A stretch of 64,000 nucleotides of DNA, taken from Hormiphora californensis (taxonomy: Eukaryota; Animalia; Ctenophora). The stretch lies in assembly GCA_020137815.1 (NCBI GenBank), contig CM035356.1:4774001-4838000 (forward strand), given 5' to 3'. A program made the position numbers and the translations under genes. Shown piece after piece: positions 19,001 through 32,316 of this stretch; position 1 is the first letter of the stretch, and the number at the start of each line of letters is the position of its first letter. The notes below the pieces were generated by a model, which made no database searches, was not told the DNA's origin, and saw nothing but the letters and a program-made list of their open reading frames with translations.

Positions 19001-20970
19001 GATGACGTGGTCGTAGATCAAAACAAATGACAGATTCGGAATCAGCGTGAAAAAATACGTCTAGTAAAGATGGAAGTGGAAAGATTATTTCAAAATCCGA
19101 CACTCTAATCCCTCTCCAATCTCCCAGGATAAATCAGGGGAGAGCCTGTTGATGAAATGTGCACGTGACGGGCTAACGACTAGCACAAAGGTCCTCCTTG
19201 GCTATGAAATCAATCTTGAAACAACCAATGCGGTAGGTGCTGCAATAATTGGGGAGAAACACTTTATTAGTCTTCTACAAAACAAAATTTAACAAGTTTT
19301 GAAAACACTCACTATTATACCTAGCAGCAATTACTCAAAAAATCATCTAGCATTATATGCCTCATTAAAGTCCAGTTTTTTCCAACTAACCGTTCCCCCA
19401 AAAACTGAAATTTAGAATTTTTGTGGCGCACACATACACGTTAACATGTGATAAACGCGCAAAACAATTCCGCACACGACTTTGGAGGGGGAACAGTTGA
19501 AAAAATGGAGTATATCACTGCAGTCAGAAGACATCTCAAATATATGTTGCGTGAGGACGATACATGTATGGCGTGATTCACGTCTTTCCTTTGTCAAGTT
19601 CTCCCTTCCCGTGTCTCGTTTTATTTCCTCCTCCCTCTGATCTGCGTAACCGCAGCAGCTCATTTTTCTTACCCATCTCTAGACAACCATCTAACCGTTT
19701 CAAACCATCAAAAAAAGTTTGATGATATAACTCTGCTGTCTGACGGCCGACGGGTTGGTATTTGATACTGCTGCCTATCATGGCTAACCACTTCCAATGT
19801 CCCACGTATTAGAGCAATTTAATTACACGACTAACCAACCTCTCACTCAGAGCAACCACACTGCGCTGATGATAGCTGTGTTACTGAACCACCTCGAGGT
19901 CGCTGAGTTGCTGTTGGAGGCGGGGAGTAGTATGGAGGTAACCGACACAGAGGGATACAGTCTGGCACACTGGTGAGTTAATCAGATCAAACCAACTCCA
20001 AAGTAGTGGGTGGTTTAGTAATTTGAAATTACTGTACCGTATACACGGGGGAATATTTGGGGACAGCACATTCGACTCAATTCATTGAAGAGACCAAGGA
20101 AAAAAAGTTTTTCAAAAACCTGCCCTACTCTTCACTCTGCGTCACCCACTAAAACCCATGCTACTAGGTGCTGCAAGTTGGGTTACACACCCCTCCTAAC
20201 TCTGATATTAAACCACGGCGGAGAGCCTGATACACTCAGTAACACAGGAGATACACCCCTTCACTTGGCTGTTCAGAACAGACATGTGGCGGCTGTTAAA
20301 GTGCTGCTATCAAGAGGTGAGATTGATCTCCTGATATATGTTCCCCCTATTATACTAGGTGTCCAGGCAGAGACGCCCAACTATTCTGCCCTCACTCCCC
20401 CCCCCCCCGCCACAACCAAACCATCCCCCCGCTAATAATAATAATACTAGGTGTCCAGGCAGAGACGCCCAACTATTCTGCCCTGACTCCCCGCTAAACA
20501 GCTGTTCTGTTCCCCTATAGGTGTCCAGGCAGAGACTCCCAACTATTCTGCCCTGACTCCCCTATTATACTAGGTGTCCAGGCAGAGACTCCCAACTATT
20601 CTGCCCTGACTCCCCTATTATACTAGGTGTCCAGGCAGAGACTCCCAACTATTCTGCCCTGACTCCCCTATATTACTAGGTGTCCAGGCAGAGACGCCCA
20701 ACTATTCTGCCCTGACTCCCCGGACCATTGCACACCAGAATAAGGACAAGGTCATGAAGCGACTTCTCAGAAGGTATGTATCTTTAGAGCCTGACGATAT
20801 CATAGCGCTGGCAAGCCTGACGATATTGTCATTTCTTTCAAAAAAGCAGAGCGTGCGAGAACCCTGAACCGCGATCAGAGCAACAAACAAACGGCTTTTT
20901 GAGTAAGAAAGACAATGTAGCAAAGGTCAAAGAACAGCTTAGCTATCCTTGCACTGTGTTGGTTTTCTCA

Positions 20971-21005
<35 letters not shown>

Positions 21006-21027
21006 CCTCTCCCTTCCTCTCTCTCCC

Positions 21028-21124
<97 letters not shown>

Positions 21125-21233
21125 TATAAAACCTTTCTTTGAATTTGCGTAATAAACAGGACCTGCTTAGCAGGTGCAGTTAGCCCATTTACGCTCCGCA
21201 TAAAGCATTAATAAAAGCTGCATTATTCCCACT

Positions 21234-21319
<86 letters not shown>

Positions 21320-23707
21320 CCTCTGTGTGTGTGGAAACAGCTTGGAGAGTTCCTCCGGGACCACTATTTTCCTTTTCTTATATACCACCTCTCTTCTAGG
21401 CACGAGAACGCTATCCACAAGGCTTGTGAGAGTGGTAAGATAAGAGCGGGAAGGGACTACTGGAAACTAGTACTGTTGAAATGGAACAAGGAACATTTTG
21501 ATGATCTTGTTAACCAGTTTGTGCAGTTCGATGCGATGGGAAACAGTTACATTCAACTACCAACTTTTGTGGGAATTCTACGGAAAATGAGTAAGTTTAA
21601 ATATACTGCAGTCGGATCAGAGAGTGCACAGAGTTCAGAGCTCTGAACTCAGTGGACTCTGCAGAGTTTCATAAATAATAGAGGTGGGAACTGCCTCCAG
21701 CTGGGGAGTCAAAACAAAGGCCGATGTGCCTGTTATTATAATAGTGCAGTATCCTAACTGTCCCGAAGCTGTAAACTTTTATTTTATTCTTACTACAAGT
21801 TTCACCCCTTTACCCTAGGTGCCCCTGCATCCTGTGCTGTGTGTACAGTCACTGTACACGGCTCCCGGACTCCTGACCGACTGGACGCATGACCGAATGA
21901 AATTCAATCCCCCTTATCTCTTAACCCTAACCCCTAACCACACCCCTAACCCTAACCCTAACCCTAACCACACCCTAACCCTAACCCCACCCTAACCCTA
22001 ACCATTAACCTAAAACGTAGCCCTAAAACTTGGTCGGTCATGTGTCCAGTCGGTCAGGAGTCCGGACACCACTGTACACACACACACCCTATTCGTTTTT
22101 CAGGTGCCCCAGTATCAGATAGACAGCTAGCAGATATACTACAAGCGTGCAATGGGATGGAGAATGTGAATTATAGTGAATATCTGATGGGCAAATTGTT
22201 CATCAAACTCCCATCTTATGATAGCTTTGCTAGAGGGAAAAAGGTAAAGATCAGCATTGCTCCATCAACTATTATAGCTTTCCCTGCCGCTTGTGTGAGA
22301 CCATGTTTGAACAAAGCAGTTTCCCTCCTATTGGGGAGTTATCAAATATCACCACGATGTATTGTTCATTATGTTGGTTATTGTGTTAGTAAAACACCAT
22401 TATATCCTCAGAAAAAGAAAAAGAAAGGTGGCCGACGGGGTAAAGGGGTAAGTTCAAATTTGTATTGTTCATACAGCACAAGTTCAAATAATAAAATGTA
22501 AAGTGAAGAAAGTGTATTAGTTGCACAAGAATGCAGAGAAACCTGCTTCCTCCATGCGATTCGTTGTCCGAATGAAGGTTTAATTCTCCACCTGAGAATT
22601 AACTAATAGAGATCATTGAATCTAAACATTTAACATGAAATTAATATTTAATTAATTAATTAATTTAACATGCAGGGTAAAAAGAAGAAGATACCGCTTC
22701 ATATAATGGTGGAGAAATCACGAATAACACCATTCGCTCGACCGGAGGACGTTATCGAAAAAATGGAGGTAAATCAAAAGAAATCAATCAAAACTAAATA
22801 ATATATGTAATAAAATAAGGGGGCAGATGGAGGAAGGAAATAAATATTCTTCCTTGAAGCCGGTATAATGCTTAACTATTAGCTACCCACCAAGAAAAGT
22901 GTTTTCCCGGCCTGTAACAAATTACAGGGAAATCGAGAAATTGTAACTTCTCTCAAACCAGATAACTGTGCACTATGTAACTATGTTACTAGGTTACTAG
23001 TACAATTAGTGCTTAGCTTGGTGAGTTGACTGGAGGAAGTAGTTTTTTATCCAACTGTGCAACTCTTCTCTCAAGTATCTTAAATCGGCGTACATGGTAA
23101 TCTTGGTCATTTTGGTCCTGTCTCCTTCCTAACCCAATTGTCGTCATGAAGTCTTGCCTTGTTCGACCCTCTCTCTTCTCACAACGGAGAATTAGAACAC
23201 AACATCATAAAAACCCCTTATCAAGGATTTACAGATCAGGGCCATACATTTGCCTTGTTCGACCAAGATCACTTATCTCTTACGATTCAGGCCTCCAGTT
23301 AGTGATCACATATCTCTGCACCATGCACGCTCTCTTTCCCCTCTTGGCCTATAATATCACTTACCTCTGGCCTCTGCACGCTCTTCCTCGGTATTTACAC
23401 AAACCTGATGGAGCAATGCATGCTAGTCTTTAATTGTTGGCCCATTTTAAAAGTCATCAATTCGCTCTGATCTGACTCTTCTCTCTCCCTCTTTCTCTTC
23501 CTCTCTCTATCCCTCTCTATCCCTCTCTCTCCCTCTCTCCCTCTCTCTCTCCCTCTCTCTAGTATCTCTCTTATTCCTGTCTAGTCTGGCAGACGTGCCG
23601 GTCAGACTCCGTCTTGCTGTTCGAATGGAGGTGTGTTGTGTTTGACTCGTTGTGTTTCTCTTTACATGCATCCATCAGTGAATTAAATCTCTCTCTCTCT
23701 CACTCAC

Positions 23708-23779
<72 letters not shown>

Positions 23780-26700
23780 TCTCTCTCACTTCATATTTCC
23801 CTTGTCACACGCATGGAGACGCATCTATATATGTAAAGTCAGAGCGCCTTCCCACACCTTAGATTAACTAAGAGAAATGCTCGTGCAGCCGTGCTGGGAA
23901 ATTCTGAGATAACTGTTTATTAATAATTATAGGGGTGGGAAGGGTAAAAACTCAGGGTTTCTTGCTCCTATTTGAAACAGTTAAGACAAATCAGAGTAAC
24001 AAATCCGTTGTAATGACTAAGGAGAACCATCAACAAATATCGGATACAATTGTTTAGGTAGAAACTAGGGTGGAACTAGGGGGGAACTAGGTAGGAACTA
24101 TAGCACATATCATGTATAGGATGTGTTAATAACCCGATTATTTTTCAGCATTTTACCGACTCTGCCCGTTTTCCCCGAGATTCGCCCCCAAAAACCTTTA
24201 TAGAGGACGATAGCTGCTGGTATCTAAATCCTCCCAGTAAGTAATCAAGTGAGAGGGGGGAGAGAGAGTGAGATATTGGTGACGCGGTCACCCCCCCACT
24301 AGGGCCGCGCGAAGCGCGGCAACGAAGCTCGCGAATGTCATCACCAAAGTGAGATAGAGAGTGAGTTTGAGCGTTAGAGACAATTTAGGAAGCGATCAGT
24401 AATCAGTAATCAGAGTTATAGTGTTCGTTCCAATTCTTGGAGATCAAAATGTTAGAATGTAACTCAAGGTATCCATGGTAACTAACGTATCGGGTTACCA
24501 AACACTCTCCTCTCCCCCTACCTCCCTCTGGCCTCTTCTCTCTAATGTCTAACCATCATTCTCTCTTCCTTTTTAGCGACAACCTACATCCGAATACACA
24601 AGGCTGCCCAGCTTGGTGACCTCAAAACTATCGAAGCCGCATGTGAGGATGAGGCTGATCTCAACCAAACTGACAGATTTAGTAAAACTCCGCTAATGGT
24701 CGCGGCCGCAAATGGACGTCCTCAGATAGTCGCAGTGCTGCTGAAACAAGAGTACGTAGGGCGCGATGACTTCTCTCAATACAGTTCTCAAATGTCATAC
24801 CGCGCTCGCAGGCTCGTTAGAGTGCGCGGCGCTGACAAGCGCTTCAAATTCATTCATTACTTCTGCAGTTGCAGCAGTCATTGCAATGCGACGAAGGCAT
24901 TTGTCTAACATAATACCGATCAATCTTCAATACTATCCCCTACTAATGTTCATTCAAGCCAAATAATTAATCCCCCCTGTTAGGGTTGATATTGAGGTTC
25001 AGGACAACTTTCGGTGGACAGCTCTGCATCATGCCTGTCACGCTGCACAACCCGATATCGTCTCAATGTTACTAACCCATGGAGCAGAGATAGATAAGCA
25101 GGCACTTAGTGGAGGTAGGGACAACTATTATAATAATACCAGTTGAACCCCTATTTACCGGGATACTCGGGGAAAGGGGTTTGCCCGGTAAATCGGGGTC
25201 TGACTGTTCTACTAAAATGTAATTGAGTTACTATTGGTCACTAATTAGTTATTTAATTACCCCCTCACCCAGGAACGCCTCTGATGCGGGCGGTGGAAAG
25301 TGGGTGCGTGTCGACCGTTTCAATGCTACTGGAGAGAGGAGCGAAGGTTAACCTGAAAACTAAGCACGAGAAGACGGCTCTTGATATCGCATACGAGTGG
25401 GGAAATTCAGATATTATTGATCTCATCACTGCCACAATTGCCGGTAAGTTAATCAAGTCTTTAAATAATTTCCTGACATGTGGAACGCGTTCGGAAAATA
25501 GAATAATGAAAGCAGTGTAGTGAATATATTAGATAAATGTTCGCAAAAGGCAAGCTTCCCCTCGTCCGACCCGAAGTTGGAATCATATGGGTTTGTCGAA
25601 CCGGCAAGTTGCTAACATATTTCAAATCTTCACTACTTCTCAAATGATCTAATCCCATTAAGTTAATGCTCTTATTTAGGTGCCGGCAGGCACCTCCGAC
25701 CCGAAGAAAACAGAAAAAACGAAGAAAAAATTTTTTTTGCCCCTGCACCAAATCCAAAAAGCCGGCCCTATTTAGGTGCCGGCAGGCACCTCCGACCCGA
25801 AGAAAACAGAAAAAACGAAGAAAAAAAATTTTTGCCCCTGCACCAAATCCAAAAAGCCGGCCCTATATATACAAACGTAGGTCTTTTTTTCGGGGGGGGG
25901 GGGGCAAATTTCAGGCAGCGATTGTGGCCACATTTTTTGAGATATCGACCTGAAATTTTGTAGGCGTGTTCTAGTAGTATAACTACGTGTCATAACGTGG
26001 CCGGATTTTTGATTTTTTGCCTAATTAATTAATTATAGGTAATTAAAAAGTAGCCCCTGCACCGTGCCCCTGAGCATGGGGTGTTCTGTCCCCTGGGCAT
26101 TGCCCCTGAGCCGAAATTATCTCCCGATCTGCTTGAAATATCGACTTGAAACTTTGTAGGAATGCTCTTCAAGCATAAAAAATGATCTACAAAAAGTTAG
26201 AATAGTCAAAATTAAGTAATCAATGAGTTATAGGCATGCAAAAATGGACATTTCTGGTGCCCCTGAATTTTGCCCCCGAGCATTTGAAAAAACTGCCCCT
26301 GGGCAATTTTAAAATTCAAATTGTGGCCACACTGTTTGACATATCGATCTAAAACTTTGTAGGCATGTTCTAGTGGTATAACTAAGAGTCACCACGGAGC
26401 CTGATTTTTGATTTTTTACTTAATTAATTAATTATAAGCAATTAAAATTTTAAAATTGCCCCCGCACTAACAAAAGTGGCCCAGGGGCACCTGAGTCGCA
26501 ATTATCTCCCGATCTGCTTGAAATATCGACTTGAAACTTTGTAGGAATGCTCTTCAAGCATATAGAAAGGTCTACAAAAGGTATGAATATTCAAAATTAA
26601 GTAATCAATGAGTTATAAGCAATTAAAAAATGGACATTTTTATGGTGCCCCTGAGCATTGCCCCTGAGCATTTGAAAATATTTTCCGTTCTGCTATAAAT

Positions 26701-29700
26701 ATCGACTTGAAACTTTGTAGGAATGCTCTTCAAGCATATAGAAAGGTCTACAAAAAGTGGGAATATTCAAAATTAACTATCCAATTAATTATAAGCAATT
26801 AAAAAAATGTGCAGTGGCAGTGCAGGAGCAAAAAAAATAAAGCATATATATGGCGGGAAAATATTTTGGCGGGAAACCGAAAAAGCCCAATAAGCCAAGA
26901 ACGGGGTGGGGCCAAGGTCTGGCCTACTAGCTTTTGATCACCTCATCGAGCCCGATCGAACGCGACCAATGTCTTGGTGACATAGACACCGTGCGCGACC
27001 AAGATTGAGCTCACACACAGGTGTCTGCTCCGCCTCAAAAAGGGTCGTTTCTTTCAAGGGATGTTGCACGCGATCCACTGGACCGATTTGCATCCGGTTT
27101 GTCGCAAAAGACTACAAATGATCCTAATATACTGGAAAATACCCGAGAAGTTTGTCTGTTAACAGGAAGTGGGTCAAAATTGACACTGAAGTCAAACCTA
27201 TAATCTGGCTTCCGAGAGTTTCTGCACTACGCCCATGCAATTTAGAAGATATTGGGAGATATGTTGATGCAATTAGCATCAGCTATTAATGCCGGGTATT
27301 TTCCAGTACTCACAAGAGTTCAACTTATCTTCTGATACCCTCAGATTCATTCTACACCGTCTGGGAGTGGTGCAAAAAGGCTCGGAAGCCAGATTATAGA
27401 TTTGACTTCAGTGTCAATTTTGACCCACTTCCTGTTGACAGACAAACTTCTCGGGTATTTTCCAGTAAACTAGGACCAATTTGTAGTCTTTTGCGACAAA
27501 CCGGATGCAAATCGGTCCAGTGGATCACGTGCAATTTGGCTTGAAAGACACGACCCTTTTTTAGGGGGCGGAGCGGACACCTATGTGCGAGCTCGATCTC
27601 GGTCGCTGCGCGACCTCGATCTTGCACGCACTAGGTGTCAATGTCACCAAACCAATGTCGACCTCCCACGACGACCTAAACCCCTAATCCCACGTGGTGC
27701 CAGCCAACCGCCAGCCAAACGGAAAAATCTAGTGATCCTCTATCAGCTGGTATCAAAATCTAAGCTCTAAGTGACCAGGAACTGGCATTATTAGTGCTAA
27801 TTGGCGATAACGTCATAAATCACATAATTACGACTAATTAGTGAACCGGGGGTGGTAGAGACCTGTGGGATGGTACTTTGGACTTTTTATAGAGTCCCTA
27901 ATCATATCAGAAAGTCAAATTTAAAATTCCAGACCCAACTTCCCACAACCGACCCTACTATAATAAACAGGCCGCCGCGCATCAAAAAATATTTTAACAG
28001 CCTGAAGGTTGCTGTTTCGACGAATCTCCCAACTTCGGGTCGGACGAGGGGAAGCTTGCCTTTTGCGATCATAGTAAGAAAGGACTATTTTACAACGAAT
28101 TCCCTGGTTACTATGGTAACCAACCCCGTTGTCATGGTAAATTAATCGAACTCTATCGAGTCTATCGCCAGCAACTGTATGAAACTTTCACAAAGGCTCA
28201 AAGTTTGAGCTCGTAGTTATCCTACTAGAACATACATACACAGTTTCATTTCGAAAAAACAAACGGTTTGGCCACAGTTTGAATATCAAAGTTGCAAAAA
28301 ATGTGCAGGGGCAAACAAAATTGTGCAGGGGCAAAATTTTAATTGCTTATAATTAATTGGATAATTAATTTCGACTATTCCCACTTTTTGTCGATCTTTC
28401 TATATGCATGAACTACATTACTACAAAATGTTAGGTCGTTATTTATAGCAGAACAGAAAATATACCATTTTTAGTTGCCTTGTTCAGGAAATGTGCAGGG
28501 GGTCGAAATCAGCGGTGCAGGGGAAAGATGGTGCAGGGGCAAAATTTTAATTACTTATAATTAATTAGTTAAATTAAAAATAAGAAATCCAGCCTTTTTA
28601 TGACTCGTAGTTATACTACTAGAACATGCATACAAAGCTTCATTTCGAAAAAACAAACAGTTTGGCCACAGTTTGAATATCAAAATTGCAAAAAATGTGC
28701 AGGGGTATTTGCCCCTGTACATTTTCAAAAAAAGTGCAGGGGGCCCTAAAAAAGTCAATTTTTGCATGCCTATAACTAATTAATTAATTAATTTTCAATA
28801 CTCCCACTTTTCGAATATCATTTTTTATGATTGAAGAACATTCCTACAAAGTTTCAAGTCGATATTTCAAGCAGAACGGAAGATAAACCGTGTGCAGGGG
28901 CACGCGTGCAGGGGCAAAAAATCGAAATGTACAGGGGCAATGTGCAGGGGCAAATTTTGATAGCTTATAATTAATTAATTAATTAAAAAATCAAAAATCC
29001 GGCCACGTTATGACACGTAGTTATACTACTAGAACATGGATTTTTGGATTTGGTGCAGGGGCAAAAATTTTTTTTTCCGTTTTTTCTGTTTTCTTCGGGT
29101 CGGAGGTGCCTGCCGGCACCTAAATAAGTACTGTATAGAGAGGCCGGTTTGCCAGGCACTGACTGTACATGATCTCCAATCGCCGAGTCAAAACCTCCCT
29201 CTTAGGACACACCCTAGTGTTCGGCCTGACAAAAGGCTGTCCCCAAGGAGGAATTCTATCGCCATTCCTCTGGAATCTGGTGATGGACGACCTCCTCAGC
29301 CTAAAGAAAGACAAAATTCCTGGTGATCTCCAAGGGTTCGCAGATGACCTCTGCCTTCTAGCCGCAACAATATCGCCTCCAACGAAAGGCAATGCGGCTG
29401 CAGACATCTACCCCCTCAGAGAAGCAACCCAGAAAAGCCTATCCACCATTAGCAAGTGGTGCAAATCAGTGGGACTCAAGCTCAGCGCTCTCAAATCCCA
29501 CACAGTTATATTCACCCACCGTCACAACATAAAACTCAGAGAACCCATCAAGGTAATGGGTCACGAGATCAAAGCAACCAACCACACCAAATTCCTGGGT
29601 GTCACATTGGACTCCAAGCTAAATTGGTCGAAACATATTGATACCCAAATAAAGAAATGTAAGCAAGTCCTATTCCAGTGCAGGAGAGCGGTGGGCCCAA

Positions 29701-32316
29701 CGTGGGGCTTCTCGCCAAAGACCATGCTGTGGATCTACAAATCCATCATACGGCCCATGCTCTCCTATGGCGCGCTCGTATGGGCCAATGCCATGCTGAC
29801 ACAGAAAAACAAGATAAACACATCAAGAATACAAAGACTTGCCCTCCAAATGGTAACCGGAGCGATGTCCAGCACACCAGGGAAGGCGCTCGACATGATC
29901 ACCCACACCATGCCCATAGTAGACCACCTGAGACAATGCGCCATTAAAACAGCGTACACGCTCAGAGCGGCCGATCAGTGGGAAGGGAGCATAGTATCAC
30001 AGCTACCACAACCAAAAGTATTCACATCCCACGCAAACACAGTGGACGAATGCCTAAGCCTCCTTCCAGCAGAGTGGGAACATGACCACACCATCCCTCA
30101 ACTCATCCTCGACCGGGAATACTCCCTGGAGATCCCGGACGCAGAGGACTACAAAGAAGAGGGAGAGGAGGATCACACAATAATAGCCTACACAGACGGT
30201 TCCAGAATTGACGGCAACGCCGGCGCGGGCCTCCTAATCCGTGAAAATGGACAAGAGGTCCACTCGGCCGCCTTCAACCTGGGTGATACCACAACAGTCC
30301 CTATGGCCGAAATGATAGCCATCCAAAACACCACCAAACACCTCCTTGGCACAGGAACTGCCAATCAAAAAATCCTCATCAATTGCGATAGCCAAGGAAC
30401 AATCAAAGCACTGGATAGCACCGTATGCAGATCCAAAACCACCCAAAACACCATTTCCAACCTGAACGCCCTTGCAGTTTTCAACACCGTTAAAATACGG
30501 TGGATCCCTGCTCACAAAGGCCACGAAGGGAATGAACTAGCAGACTCCCTCGCCAAAAAGGGAGCACAAGAGATTGAAAACATCATACGCCCTCCAATCC
30601 CGAAGAAAGCCGCCTATGCGGCCCTCAGGGAGAAGACAAAAATGACAACGGCTCCAACGGCTCACATGAATCTTTTCTGGAACCCGAACCACGTCAAACA
30701 GCTCCAGAAACTGGACCGAAACCACTTGAGAGCGGCAACCCAGCTTCTGACTGGGCACAACACACTTAAATACCATTTTCACAAGATGAAACTAGCAAAC
30801 ACTCCAACCTGCCGCCTATGCGGCATAGAAAATGAAACAGCCAAACACCTCCTCACCGACTGTCCAGCTCTCTGGAAACAGCGGCAAGAGAGGTTTGATC
30901 GGCTTGGTTTAACCCTCGATGACATCAAGAATGGCTTCCCGATCACCAAGACTGTTTCATTCTTCATGGATATCCTGAAACAGTTAAACCGGGGGGAAGA
31001 GGACTAACAAATCCAAACCCCCAAACCAGGCCGGGGAAAGGAATCACTTTGGTACCACCCCTCTATCTCACCTACGAGACGGCCTAATAGAAGAAGAAGA
31101 AGACTGTACATCACGCATCCGGTGTACCGGTGCGAAGAGGACGGTCTTATATGAGACAAAGAGAGGGTATACAACAGTATTATAAGAGAGGCAAGAGGGA
31201 AAATGATTCGAATAGCCGCTCCATAACATATATGCCAAGATAGAACAATTTCAGGGTTGGCCCCCCAGCTCGAGCCGCTCAATTCATCACTTCTAGAGTA
31301 ATTTACTGGGTGAATTATGCTTACCTATTATATGGCGAATAAGACCCACACTCACGGGGGAAAAGAGAGAACTAATTTCAAAAGTACTCAGGTACTAATA
31401 CACGGCCTCTTATAGTCGAGGACATTACTTGTAAAGAGAGAGAGAAAAGGAAGGTCGAGATTTCTCAGCCTCTCCTAACGAGAGACACTGCTTCTCCTAC
31501 TCGTAAAGAGACTGATACTGAGAGAGATTGACGTTGTAGCGTAGTTACGAAACGAGACTGGTTGTTCGGTCGCGACAGAGTTGAGAGAACTAGATCGTCT
31601 AGCGTAGTTACTAGCGCAGTTACTAAGGTAGTTACTGATCGTCGATCGATCCTATGACGATCGATCTAGTATTATGCAAGATCGATCTAGTATTATGCTA
31701 GTGAGAGTGTGGACGATTAGATAGGTGCCCAAGGAATTGAAATTACTAAACAAAACATCGTCATACCATTTCCCATCATAGTTATCATAGAGCCGCACGA
31801 GAAAACCAACTGACCAACTGTTACTTTTCAGAACGCAACCTGGCGAAAAAGCGAAAAAAGAGCGGCAAACGGGCGGAAAGTGCTGTTTCCTCGATTACTG
31901 AAAAACTCACCAACACTGACCAGCCAGTTGTAAAACCTCCGATTGTGATCGAACAGGATCCCGCGGAGAGGAGCAACGTGACATTTGCAACCAACCCTAC
32001 CACATCCGATGTTGCCCTTACAAAATCTGCAATTGTGTTTAGCAGCTCGCCCGTTCCAGTCCAGTTCCGGTCAGTTTCAGCACCGCCTGATATTGATAAA
32101 ACGGTCCATTCAGCTAGGAGACGGACTAATGCGTGGGCTCATAAGGCACCGACCACCCCCGATCTCCTGAAATTCAAGGTAGAGCAACGTAGAAGGTTTG
32201 GATTCGAGGTTGCAGATTTTAAGAAGCCCAGGTCGCCTTTCAGTAGTGTCATAGAAGACAAAATGAGACCATACACACTGGTTAACAGTAAAACTGGACG
32301 ACCCCTATCCTCATGA
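11548..32316 (+). CDS. ANKEF1: Ankyrin repeat and EF-hand domain-containing protein 1
   Basis: 16 phase-consistent exons: 11548-11677, 11795-11989, 12072-12181, 19128-19232, 19851-19972, 20168-20316, 20680-20773, 21400-21590, 22104-22243, 22412-22447, 22676-22768, 24149-24236, 24577-24751, 24984-25114, 25273-25443, 31832-32316. Motifs recalled from ANKEF1: [55 protein letters not shown]. Confidence 0.9.
12327..12845 (-). pseudogene. Tandem partial duplicate of the GPCR 3' end (TM6-TM7 and 3'UTR)
   Basis: Matches 12842-13366; CAGTG microhomology at the junction; identical peptide. Confidence 0.75.
12982..14004 (-). CDS. Rhodopsin-class 7TM GPCR with single coding exon, nested antisense in ANKEF1 intron 3
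   Basis: 340 aa with seven hydrophobic segments, LLNP (TM1), LATVDFL (TM2), [12 protein letters not shown] (DRY-equivalent), LNPVLF (NPxxY-equivalent). Confidence 0.85.
   Translation of the reverse strand: MSMFSTGWYSSPDIYIIIILAMFLFLSSLLNPCVILYNLGKKNSIPKALFLTLATVDFLTNLIISPNNILQIARVEPPRCFYDTTTATTTETPQFVCVENASPSTGERLLSVIMWTLTVVPSCITALLAITRFLAIKFPFRKLKIRWIMLFVALYFLYTVGVMSVVLFDDLAVLNASVNIILNPYLFTRDRNGTRNDIRVLLLCIWPPLVCQALSVIASGFTVVHLFRPASKVKDLNQTQVDNKKVSIKILLTNIGAILCTTAAGVSSRIQIENASDGVFEKRDTVLEFASYILVPLFAAVLNPVLFISFTPQALRWSIERRVGPLGPGLVIVNSSNNCS
15871..15970. other. Assembly gap (100 N) flanked by low-quality GA/CT sequence
   Basis: N run; degraded microsatellites on both sides. Confidence 0.99.
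16627..19107 (-). mobile_element. hAT-superfamily (hATm-like) DNA transposon, internally deleted
   Basis: ~240-bp TIRs TAGAGTGTCGGATTTTGAAA...TTTCAAAATCCGACACTCTA; 8-bp TSD ATCCCTCT; transposase C-terminal remnant [11 protein letters not shown] (17107-17385) and [11 protein letters not shown] (~17490-17540). Confidence 0.8.
17651..17929. mobile_element. Tc1/mariner-like MITE nested in the hAT element
   Basis: TA|CAGGTGTCCCACT...AGTAGAACACCCTG|TA with subterminal inverted CCTGCAATTTTGA. Confidence 0.6.
20346..20720 (+). repeat. Six tandem copies of the ANKEF1 exon-7 acceptor plus exon start
   Basis: TAG|GTGTCCAGGCAGAGAC.. at 20359, 20451, 20521, 20574, 20627, 20680. Confidence 0.9.
21860..22070. 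mobile_element. GG...CC MITE with 9-bp TSD and internal (CCCTAA)n, Mutator-like
   Basis: TIR CCGGACTCCTGACCGACTGGAC / GTCCAGTCGGTCAGGAGTCCGG; TSD ACTGTACAC. Confidence 0.75.
25541..28068. mobile_element. Non-autonomous TIR element A with internal ~220-bp inverted repeat (26993-27216 / 27381-27610)
   Basis: 40-bp inverted ends TCGCAAAAGGCAAGCTTCCCCTCGTCCGACCCGAAGTTGG. Confidence 0.55.
25671..29128. mobile_element. Non-autonomous foldback element B with long modular arms
   Basis: TIR CTTATTTAGGTGCCGGCAGGCACCTCCGACCCGAAG; the left TIR is tandemly duplicated (~95 bp); repeated ATATCGACTTGAAACTTTGTAGGAATG modules at 25940-26810 are inverted at 28200-29035. Confidence 0.65.
29171..31101 (+). mobile_element. 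5'-truncated non-LTR retrotransposon (LOA/Lian-like, RT + RNase H)
   Basis: Open 612-aa ORF 29169-31007: [28 protein letters not shown], RNase [25 protein letters not shown] finger CRLC..HLLTDC; (GAA)n tail; TSD GACTGTACAT at 29161-29170 and 31102-31111. Confidence 0.92.
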
